Source of the DNA: a candidate division WOR-3 bacterium
GTDB lineage: Bacteria > Hydrothermota > Hydrothermia > JBDRYB01
NCBI GenBank assembly: GCA_039803205.1
Contig: JBDRYB010000004.1
Location: forward strand, 70,940 to 134,939
DNA: 64,000 nucleotides
Reading direction: 5' to 3'
The notes beneath the pieces were generated by a model. That model made no database searches, was not told the origin of the DNA, and saw nothing but the letters and a program-made list of their open reading frames with translations. A program made the position numbers and the translations under genes. This document shows, piece after piece, positions 56,365-64,000 of the stretch (its first letter is position 1; every line of letters starts with the position of its first letter).

Positions 56365-58533
56365 CTATCTTATTACTGCCTTAGCCTCCTGGCTCCTGCC
56401 TCCAACAGAAAGCAGCCCGATGTATATCCCAGGATTAAAGCCGGTCTCGGTTTGCGTTTTCCCGGTTCCTATCCCATCGTATAACCTGACCATCCTTCCG
56501 GTGGCATCATATATCCTTAGGCTAAAGGAGGCTCCCTCAGGCACTATGAACGCGAAGCCCTTCTCCGATGGCCTTATGCTCACCTCTCCTTTGATAGGCT
56601 CCTCTTTCTCCGCGATGCCAGTTATATCAACGATGGTCCTTACCGGGTGAGACCAGTCTGCCCATCCCCGCGGGGTGTTTTTTGGTTTTACCCTGTGGTA
56701 ATATATGCCGTTGCTGGGAACGCTCACCTTGTAGCTTGTGGCTGTTATGTTCGTGTCAATGGTCATCGTGTCCACGAAGTAGGCTATCTTTATGTCGTCA
56801 ACATAGACGCCCTGGCCTCGGGTTCCTGGGTCAAGCATGTAGTATATTGCAAAGTAAAGCCACTTGCCTGTCCAAGGAGCAAGGGAATAAGCCTTTCTGA
56901 CCCAGTTGGAGCTGCTTCCCCACCACTTGTCAAGGAACTCCCAATCCCTCCCGTTCTCTGAGACAGCAACCTCAACGGCATCGTAGTAGCTCTCGGTGCT
57001 ATACCATATCCAGAAGGTAAGGGAGTCGTTGGCGCTCTTAACATAGTAGGGCCAACAGGTTGAGAGCATGCGGCACTTGTTGTTAGCGGTATTGTTCGCT
57101 TCATAGGAATAACTCCCTGAATGCGCCCTTGTCGTGCTCCTTGTCCAATCGCCCGAGTGAAGGTCAAGATACCCGTAATTGGACTCGCAGTCATCCGTGA
57201 ACTCGGTGTAGCCGATCATCCTTTGGAGATGGTATTTGGTTGGGTTTGACCTCGGGTTCTTTATTGCCCAGGAAACCGTGAATGTGTCCGTGTGAGAGGT
57301 CTCAGGAGCGCTGATTGAGCCTATTATGGGATAAGGAACCGTGTTGTTCCTTATGTTTCCCGCCTCCTGCATGAGGTAAAGGGCGCCGCGGAAGTTCTCA
57401 ACGACTATGGTGTCAAGGTCAGGGGTCTGGGGCGGCTGAAACTGAGAAGCCTCCTCAACCGTGTATGCTGGGGTTATCCTCCCCCCGGTGTAATAGAACC
57501 AGCCGTAGATCCAGTCATCCGAATCCCCTGAGGTCGGGTAAAGGTCAGAGCTCTGTATGGCCTGGTATCCCCCTATTTGCGAGGCTATCGCCTGGCCGAC
57601 CCTCCTGAGGAGGGTGTCGTCCGGAGCAGTTGCCTGGGTGTAGCCGAGGGGCCAAAGAACCAGCTCAGAGTATGTGTGATAGCCTATGGCCGCATCCAAT
57701 TCCCTCGTCTTCACGAATCGCTGAACCGCGAGGACCTCCGAATCAGCCGGAAGAAGGCCTGTGTGAACTTCATCAGCGGGATAATGGCTCGCTTTGCTTG
57801 AATCAACCGCTCCCCAAGCCCCCCTCGCTACACCGTTCTCAGCTCCGTCGTAGTTCCTATTCAGGTCAGTGCCGTAGACCCCATAGGCTGAGAAATAGTG
57901 CCTGTTCTTGCGCCAGTCGTTCCCCTGATCGTGGCAGTAATAGTAGCCATCAGGATTAACGCATGGTATAAAATAGATCTCTCTGTTGTTCACCACATCC
58001 GTTATGTTGGAGACAGTGCCATACGCCTTTGTCATGGTGTCTATTATGAATATAGGGGTTGCAACTGCTGGCCATTCCCTCGCGTGGTGAAGCCCCATAA
58101 CGAGGACCTCCGGCTCATCCTCATCCTGGGTTGGATTGTCCGAGAGCTTCAGCATGAGCATTGGCCTCCCCTGATATGTCCAGCCTATTGTGTCAAGGAC
58201 GCAGATATTTGAGTATGTCGTGGCCTTGTTCTGGAGGAATGTGAGTATCTGAGCCCAAGTCATGTAGCTGACATCAGCCTTTTCCAAGGTTGCCTTAGGG
58301 TTCGGGTCAATTATCTTCACGGGAAGGCCGAGGCTCCTCACGGTCATCATCTGGCCATCGTTGTGTATCCAGAAGTCCGTGTATTGGCCCAGCTTGCCTC
58401 CTACCCTATCAAGGCCCTTGGATTCGGTTGCCATGAGCGCGGCGAGGATCTCAGTTTCCGTGCCGTAGACCCTCACGATAGCATCCCCAAAGAGTGGGGC
58501 AACTACCAACGCTGATAGGAAAATTCCTCTCAT
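56365..58533 (-). CDS. M14-family zinc carboxypeptidase-like protein with T9SS-type C-terminal sorting domain
   Basis: Signal peptide. GLHAREWPA (HxxE zinc-binding, M14 signature). C-terminal tail FSLRIYDATGRMV..GIYIGLL..KAVIR. Confidence 0.75.
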   Translation of the reverse strand: MRGIFLSALVVAPLFGDAIVRVYGTETEILAALMATESKGLDRVGGKLGQYTDFWIHNDGQMMTVRSLGLPVKIIDPNPKATLEKADVSYMTWAQILTFLQNKATTYSNICVLDTIGWTYQGRPMLMLKLSDNPTQDEDEPEVLVMGLHHAREWPAVATPIFIIDTMTKAYGTVSNITDVVNNREIYFIPCVNPDGYYYCHDQGNDWRKNRHYFSAYGVYGTDLNRNYDGAENGVARGAWGAVDSSKASHYPADEVHTGLLPADSEVLAVQRFVKTRELDAAIGYHTYSELVLWPLGYTQATAPDDTLLRRVGQAIASQIGGYQAIQSSDLYPTSGDSDDWIYGWFYYTGGRITPAYTVEEASQFQPPQTPDLDTIVVENFRGALYLMQEAGNIRNNTVPYPIIGSISAPETSHTDTFTVSWAIKNPRSNPTKYHLQRMIGYTEFTDDCESNYGYLDLHSGDWTRSTTRAHSGSYSYEANNTANNKCRMLSTCWPYYVKSANDSLTFWIWYSTESYYDAVEVAVSENGRDWEFLDKWWGSSSNWVRKAYSLAPWTGKWLYFAIYYMLDPGTRGQGVYVDDIKIAYFVDTMTIDTNITATSYKVSVPSNGIYYHRVKPKNTPRGWADWSHPVRTIVDITGIAEKEEPIKGEVSIRPSEKGFAFIVPEGASFSLRIYDATGRMVRLYDGIGTGKTQTETGFNPGIYIGLLSVGGRSQEAKAVIR

Positions 58534-58622
58534 CTTAACCTCCCTACGAGTTTCAGATTATAAAGCGAAAGCCATGAACGATCAAGTTGAAGGGCTAACT
58601 GACCTTAATTTATACTCTGAGC

Positions 58623-61600
58623 GTGCGCCAGGAACGCACTGAGAGACAATTTCAGGGTTATGTTCTTCAGATAATAGGGGAGGTCATTAATGAGAATCCC
58701 GGCTGGCCCCTCCGGGCAAGACCCGTCCAGGAAGAGGGCAGGAGCGACATTCTCATTCTGGATGAGAAGGAACAGGCCTTCTGCGTAATAGAGCTCAAAG
58801 ATTACCTTGAGTTTCCAACACCATATAAAGAAGAACTCTGGGCCCAGGCTGAGCGCTACGCGGCCAAACTCGGCGCACCTTATTTCATAACATGGAACAT
58901 GCTACGGGCCGTGGTCTGGGATCGCTCAAAACCCATTCACGATTCGGATATGGGTGCCCTGATTGATATCGGGTATTATGATTGCGAACACTTCAGAAAC
59001 CACCTAGCTCTTCCCCCGAGGGCCGAGCAAAATTTGAAGAAACAGGTTGAGCTAACCCTCTCCTTTTTGATCGACCTCAGCCGGGGCGTTGTGCCTGAAT
59101 ATACCCTTGATAGGCGTTTCATTGACCGGCTGAACGCTCTCATTCTCCGATATTCTGATGCCATGACCTCCGAGGCCCTGGAAATATACAGAAACAATGC
59201 GGCTTTCAGACAGGAGCTTGAGAGATATGTCCGGGACGAGCAGGGCTGGAAATGGACTGGTTCCCCTGAAACACTCCAAGGGGAGACCGAAAGGATAACC
59301 AGGTTGGCTCTCCTCTTGTTGATGACCAAGCTGGTGTTCTATCACGCGCTCAAAACTAAAGGGAAGCACAAGGAACTCCCCAGGTTGATCGTGCCCCCTG
59401 CTAACCTTTCCTCTGTGGGGCTCATGGAATATCTCTGGCGCGACTACATTTATCCTGTTATAAACAGGATAGATTACCAGACTTTATTAGGGGAACGCCC
59501 CTCCTTCATAGACGAATTTCCCTTCAGACTTTCATCTTGCAGGGAGTTCCTCGGGGAGCTCATCTCAGAGATAACCCAGTATGATTTCTCCGAGGTCCCG
59601 CACGACATCATCGGCAGGATATTTGAAGAGCTCATAGAGGAAGACAGCAGGCACCAGATGGGCCAGTATTTCACGAGGCCTGACATAGCGGATCTCATCT
59701 GCGCGTATTGCATAAGGGGAGGTTATGACGATGTTCTAGACGCGGGTTCTGGATCAGGGACATTCTCGGTAAGGGCATATCACCGAAAGAAGAAGCTCAT
59801 TCACTCCCAAACCCATCTTGACCTACTTCAACACATCTGGAGCGTTGAGATAGCCCCTTATCCCGCGCACCTGACTACCCTCAACATGGTTATCCAAGAC
59901 CTGCGCGTGGAAGCCAATTATCCGAGAGTGATAAACCGCGACTTCTTTCTGCTGGACACGGGCGCAACCGTTCCGGTGAGAAACCCTGATGGCCGAGAGG
60001 AGGAGGTTGGGCTTCCCAAACTGGACGCGGTGGTCAGTAACCCGCCCTACACCAGGCAGGAAGAGATGGGAAAGGTGGCAACCGGGATAAAGGCCCGGGC
60101 ATATGAAATATGCAGGAGGGAATGGCCGGAAATATCCATAAGCAAAAGGGCATCCCTTTATGCCTATTTCTTCATGCACGCGGCCGCATTGCTCAAGAAC
60201 GGGAATAACGACAGGCCTGGCGGTAGGCTCGGTTTCATCACGGCAGACTCGTGGCTTGATGTTGATTATGGCAAGGCATTGCAAGAGATGTTTCTAAGGC
60301 ACTTCAGGCTGACTGCCATAATTGATTCAGAGGTTGAGCGCTGGTTTCGGGCCGCTGATGTGAATACCTGCATAACCCTGGCCGAGAAGAAAAAGAACGG
60401 GAATAACGGAGATAACCTCGTGAAATTCGTCAACCTGAAGGTTCGGCTTGATGAGCTCTGGGAGAGATATACCCCTGAGAGCTTTGCCGACGAAATTGAG
60501 TCCCACGATCGCGCTGGTTTCTCTGAGAACAGGTTCTACCGGATTTTTGCGGTTAAGCAATCCGAGCTCCTCGCGGAGGCCACGGACAGCGAGGGGAACT
60601 TCGTGGGCGCAAAGTGGGGCAAATACCTCCGTGCCCCAATGGTCTATTTCAGGATAATGGAGAGGGCGAGAGACAAGCTCGTTCCCCTCGGTGAGATAGC
60701 GAGTATAAGGCGCGGCTTCACGACCGGCGCAAACAAGTTCTTCTACGCTAAGGACATAACCGATCTCGTAGAGGACGAGAGGATCAGGCGTTTTGCTGGA
60801 ATGACGAGGGCTAGTCTGAAAAAGAAGGGCCTCGCGCTGATTGAGTCCGAAGACGGGAGCTGGCACCTCATAGAGAGAATATATCTGAGGCCGGTAATTA
60901 AGAGTCTGAGGTTTGTCCCTGGAATCAAACTTACCCTTGAGGACATAGGTAACCAGAGGATAGTCTTTCTGAGAGGCCCGCTCAGGAAATTCGCGAGAAG
61001 GTATGTCAGATACGGGGAACAGGAGGGCTACAGCAAAAGCAAGACCTGCTCCGCGAGAAAGCCTTGGTATAAGCTTCCCGATCTTGAGCCAGCGCCCCTG
61101 TTGATCTCACGCCGCTATGGAGAGAGGTTCTTCTTACCGATAAATCAGGGCGGCGCGCTGGATGATTGCGTTTTCTACGGCATAGACCTCAAGAGCAAAA
61201 GACAGATCGGCTCATTTGTCTCCTTCGTGAATTCCACATTCTTCATGCTTCACCACCTTTTGCACTCCTATCATCTTACAGGAAGCATAACGGTCGCGGA
61301 ACTGGACAGAATTCACCTCCTAAAGCTTCTGGTCCTGAAACCCACCCGTGCCACCGGGCGCATGAGATCGGCCATCAAATCCCTCTTTCCCCGGCCCATA
61401 AGGTCAATATTTGAGGAGCTTGGCCTGCCCAAGCCGGATAGGGATTTCTCAAACATAGACCCGAAAAGGATAAGGCTTGAGGGGGTCATGCCTGACCGCC
61501 TTGAGCTTGATGACGCTGTGCTGGAAGCTTTAGGATTTGAGGGTGAGCAAGAGCGCAAGGAGGTTCTTCTGGAGTTATACCGAGGGGTTGTTGCTTTGAT

Positions 61601-61658
61601 AAAGGACAGACTAATGAAGGCAAGGAGCACGGAGCAGGCCGAAGAGGAGGATGAGTAA
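58623..61658 (+). CDS. Type IIG (MmeI-like) restriction-modification enzyme: PD-(D/E)xK nuclease + gamma-class N6-adenine methyltransferase + TaqI_C-like TRD
   Basis: N-terminus DILILDEKEQAFCVIELKD (D..ExK). MTase motif X/I (MGQYFTRPD..VLDAGSGSGTF). Motif IV NPPY (VVSNPPYTRQ). C-terminal TRD motif LGEIASIRRGFTTGANKFFY. 1011 aa; GTG start. Confidence 0.8.
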   Translation: MRQERTERQFQGYVLQIIGEVINENPGWPLRARPVQEEGRSDILILDEKEQAFCVIELKDYLEFPTPYKEELWAQAERYAAKLGAPYFITWNMLRAVVWDRSKPIHDSDMGALIDIGYYDCEHFRNHLALPPRAEQNLKKQVELTLSFLIDLSRGVVPEYTLDRRFIDRLNALILRYSDAMTSEALEIYRNNAAFRQELERYVRDEQGWKWTGSPETLQGETERITRLALLLLMTKLVFYHALKTKGKHKELPRLIVPPANLSSVGLMEYLWRDYIYPVINRIDYQTLLGERPSFIDEFPFRLSSCREFLGELISEITQYDFSEVPHDIIGRIFEELIEEDSRHQMGQYFTRPDIADLICAYCIRGGYDDVLDAGSGSGTFSVRAYHRKKKLIHSQTHLDLLQHIWSVEIAPYPAHLTTLNMVIQDLRVEANYPRVINRDFFLLDTGATVPVRNPDGREEEVGLPKLDAVVSNPPYTRQEEMGKVATGIKARAYEICRREWPEISISKRASLYAYFFMHAAALLKNGNNDRPGGRLGFITADSWLDVDYGKALQEMFLRHFRLTAIIDSEVERWFRAADVNTCITLAEKKKNGNNGDNLVKFVNLKVRLDELWERYTPESFADEIESHDRAGFSENRFYRIFAVKQSELLAEATDSEGNFVGAKWGKYLRAPMVYFRIMERARDKLVPLGEIASIRRGFTTGANKFFYAKDITDLVEDERIRRFAGMTRASLKKKGLALIESEDGSWHLIERIYLRPVIKSLRFVPGIKLTLEDIGNQRIVFLRGPLRKFARRYVRYGEQEGYSKSKTCSARKPWYKLPDLEPAPLLISRRYGERFFLPINQGGALDDCVFYGIDLKSKRQIGSFVSFVNSTFFMLHHLLHSYHLTGSITVAELDRIHLLKLLVLKPTRATGRMRSAIKSLFPRPIRSIFEELGLPKPDRDFSNIDPKRIRLEGVMPDRLELDDAVLEALGFEGEQERKEVLLELYRGVVALIKDRLMKARSTEQAEEEDE

Positions 61659-61939
61659 TGGAGCAGGACCCGAGGAAGATAAGAAGGAAGCTGAGAAGAA
61701 TGGGCTGGCGCAAGAGGAGGGAGTATATCAACAAAATCTTTTCGGAGCAGTTGGCAAAGGAGCTCAGAGAGGAGCACCCTGACCTCAGACCTGGCAAGGT
61801 GGCTATGGACCTCATAAGAAAGAAGGTTGAGGGAAGAGAGCCCTCTCCCCAGAACCAAGAGGTGCTCATTTCAATGGTTTGGAACATACTGTTTCCTGGA
61901 ATTGAACCACCAGAGATCAAAACCCAATCCTTGTTCTGA
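61658..61939 (+). CDS. small basic hypothetical protein translationally coupled to the RM gene
   Basis: ATG overlaps the RM stop (TAATG); 93 aa, Arg/Lys-rich N-terminus (RKIRRKLRRMGWRKRREY); no known domain. Confidence 0.4.
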   Translation: MEQDPRKIRRKLRRMGWRKRREYINKIFSEQLAKELREEHPDLRPGKVAMDLIRKKVEGREPSPQNQEVLISMVWNILFPGIEPPEIKTQSLF

Positions 61940-62107
61940 GAGCAAGATCCTGACCAGGCCAACATTTGCTTTGCAGTGTCCTCACGAGCCCTGGATCTAT
62001 ACTCTTCAGGATGGCTTTCGGTGATCTGGAATTTTGAAACATTACGCTGGCAGGGAGCTAAACTTTTCCTGGCACCGGGGTGGCTTGAGGCCTTATAATT
62101 ATACTAT

Positions 62108-62338
62108 ATGCCCGCTGGTGAGGAGATAATTATACTCGGATGGTCTGATTGCTCAAGGGTCCTTGAGGATGTCTCCGCGCGGCTCGGGGAAATGCCTCCT
62201 GGTGGGAGGATCAGGGTTCTATTCTCCAACAGGGACTTCGCCATAGACCTATCAGCGTTTTGCCACGAGACAGGGAACCGGCTCCTTGACCTCGGGGCTC
62301 AGGACGATAAGTTTTACGCGGTTATTGAGAAGGTATGA
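62108..62338 (+). CDS. TusA/SirA-like small protein
   Basis: 76 aa; pattern resembles the TusA fold (ILGWSDCSRVLEDVSARLGEMPPGGRIRVLFSNRDFAIDLSAFCHETGNRLL) but lacks the canonical CPxP. ATGA overlap with thiC. Confidence 0.5.
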   Translation: MPAGEEIIILGWSDCSRVLEDVSARLGEMPPGGRIRVLFSNRDFAIDLSAFCHETGNRLLDLGAQDDKFYAVIEKV

Positions 62339-63615
62339 CCCAGAGACAGAAAGCCCTCTCCGGAGAGATAACGGCTGAGATGAGGCAGGTTGCCTCGGAT
62401 GAGGGGTTATCCCCTGAGCGCGTCCGCGACCTCGTCAGAGCCGGCAGGGTAGTGATCCTCAAGAACGCCCTTCACGATGTAAAGCCAGTAGGGGTGGGAG
62501 AGGGGCTGAGGACGAAGGTCAACGCTAACATAGGCTCCTCCCCTTATCACATGATCATTGAGGAGGAGATAGAGAAGCTCCGCGTCTCGGTTGAGGCCGG
62601 CGCTGACACGGTCATGGACCTCTCCCTCGGTCAGTTCCTAAACAGGATAAGAAGGGAGATAATCAAGCGCTCGCCCATTCCCGTCGGCACGGTCCCCATA
62701 TACCAGGTCGGATTTGAGCTCTCCAGGAAACAGAAGCGGGTTGAGGATATGACGCTATCGGATTTCCTCCGTGTCATGGAGAAGCAAGCCAAAGAAGGGG
62801 TTGACTTCATGACCGTTCACGCTGGAACAACGAGAAGGGCCTGGGAGCTCATGAAGCAGGGGGGGAGGGTCCTGAATGTTGTCTCACGAGGCGGGAGCAT
62901 GCTCGTGGCTTGGATGGAGGCGAACGGGAGGGAGAACCCTCTTTACGAGGGATTTGACGAGATACTTGATGTTGCAGAGGAATACGACATTACGCTCTCT
63001 CTTGGCGATGGCATGAGGCCGGGCGCGATCGCTGATGCGGGAGACAGGCCCCAGATTGAGGAGCTCATAACCCTCGCTGAGCTGGCCGCCAGGTGCCTTG
63101 AGAGGGGTGTCCAGGTGATGATAGAGGGGCCTGGCCATGTCCCTCTCACCCAGATTGAAACCAACATAAGGATACAGAAGAGCCTCACGCGAGGCCTGCC
63201 TTTCTACATACTGGGCCCTCTGCCCACGGACATAGCCCCAGGATACGATCACATAGCGGCCGCCATAGGCGGCGCGATAGCCGGAGCCGCTGGGGCCGAT
63301 TTCCTCTGCTACCTAACCCCAGCCGAGCACCTGAGATTGCCGACGCCCCAGGATGTCCGAGAGGGGGTGATAATAACCAGGATAGCCGCGCACATCGCTG
63401 ACCTCGCGAAGGGGATACCCGGGGCCTGGGAACACGATAGGGCAATGTCAGAGGCCAGGGCGAACCTGGATTGGGAGACCATGTTCCGCTTGGCAATTGA
63501 TCCAACCAAGGCCAAGAAATACAGGGCCGAAAGCGAGGCCTCCGAGAAGGACTTCTGCACCATGTGCGGGGAGTTCTGCGCGGTTAAGGCCCTCAAGAGG
63601 ATACTGGGGGAATAG
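62335..63615 (+). CDS. thiC: phosphomethylpyrimidine synthase
   Basis: 426 aa; radical-SAM-type ThiC C-terminal CxxCxxxxC (CTMCGEFCAVK) and conserved core (GPGHVPL, TRGLPFYILGPLPTDIAPGYDHI). Confidence 0.92.
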   Translation: MTQRQKALSGEITAEMRQVASDEGLSPERVRDLVRAGRVVILKNALHDVKPVGVGEGLRTKVNANIGSSPYHMIIEEEIEKLRVSVEAGADTVMDLSLGQFLNRIRREIIKRSPIPVGTVPIYQVGFELSRKQKRVEDMTLSDFLRVMEKQAKEGVDFMTVHAGTTRRAWELMKQGGRVLNVVSRGGSMLVAWMEANGRENPLYEGFDEILDVAEEYDITLSLGDGMRPGAIADAGDRPQIEELITLAELAARCLERGVQVMIEGPGHVPLTQIETNIRIQKSLTRGLPFYILGPLPTDIAPGYDHIAAAIGGAIAGAAGADFLCYLTPAEHLRLPTPQDVREGVIITRIAAHIADLAKGIPGAWEHDRAMSEARANLDWETMFRLAIDPTKAKKYRAESEASEKDFCTMCGEFCAVKALKRILGE

Positions 63616-63684
63616 CCATAAGGCCTGGTAGGGTTACCATGAGGAAATTTGATACCGCTATGTCATCGTCCTTATAATATCATC

Positions 63685-64000
63685 ATGGCGAATTGTGTAA
63701 GGTGCGATAGATTCGAGCCCCTCCCTGAGAGGGATTTCTGCTGGGCGTGCGCGACCGATACTGAAAGGGAAGGTTGGTGGGGAGAGTGCTCCTATCTTTA
63801 TTTGGAAAGCTACTTTTCTCTCGTTACTCCACTGGGGGAGAACGGTGAGGGCTGGATGGAGATACATCAGGATCTCAGAGATTTCATGAGAGCGAAGGGC
63901 TACGAGCCTGTGGATGACCCCAAAAATGCGGGGGCCGAAAGATTTCTCTTTTTGGTTGATTGGTCAGGTATGGACCTCCAACACCTCGATCTGAGCGGGA
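63685..64000 (+). CDS. hypothetical protein, 5' partial (runs off window end)
   Basis: Open frame from ATG 63685 to the window end. N-terminal Cys pairs (CVRCD..CWAC) suggest a zinc ribbon. TATAAT sits only 8 nt upstream, so the start is uncertain. Confidence 0.35.
   Translation, partial: MANCVRCDRFEPLPERDFCWACATDTEREGWWGECSYLYLESYFSLVTPLGENGEGWMEIHQDLRDFMRAKGYEPVDDPKNAGAERFLFLVDWSGMDLQHLDLSG

Noticed and set aside
63658-63867. 69-aa minus-strand ORF after thiC
   Set aside because: It is antisense to a better-supported plus-strand partial ORF with Cys-pair motifs. It has no SD and odd composition.

Overview
This 64-kb window looks like a stretch of bacterial chromosome with moderate GC content, probably around 55%. 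It carries several lineage hints: four secreted repeat proteins with T9SS-type C-terminal sorting tails, an archaeal-type GGGP-synthase plus geranylgeranyl-reductase pair, and a Thi4-type thiazole synthase. Together these point to an uncultivated FCB-group or candidate-phylum organism.

Most of the window is densely packed housekeeping genes:
- Left end: a MarR regulator, cspA and uvrC, then speH, an S1-domain protein and nuoFEDCBA on the minus strand, followed by a lipoprotein and rpmA.
- One long co-directional minus-strand cluster: grpE-dnaK-dnaJ-hit-rpsU-mutS2-dnaG-rpoD.
- Central genes: queA, ahcY, lspA, rho, an HD-domain protein, pcrB/GGGPS, the geranylgeranyl reductase, recA, dcd and ridA.
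- Right end: ptsH-ptsI, thi4, a lytic transglycosylase, an aldehyde dehydrogenase, argF, and a TusA-like gene translationally coupled to thiC.

The accessory content I can support:
- Two inverted copies of a roughly 430-bp MITE-like element with perfect 12-bp terminal inverted repeats. It encodes a 74-aa basic protein. One copy is decayed and sits against the uvrC start; the other sits where hrcA would normally precede grpE.
- A second decayed insertion remnant between rpmA and an FG-GAP gene.
- A single-polypeptide MmeI-like Type IIG restriction-modification enzyme translationally coupled to a small basic ORF.
- An uncharacterised six-gene membrane operon. It has two tandem paralogous FN3-domain membrane proteins that share a novel 200-aa domain, three polytopic membrane proteins, and lspA.
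- A 25-nt motif shared, in inverted orientation, by two distant intergenic regions.

I found no tRNA, rRNA or CRISPR array.
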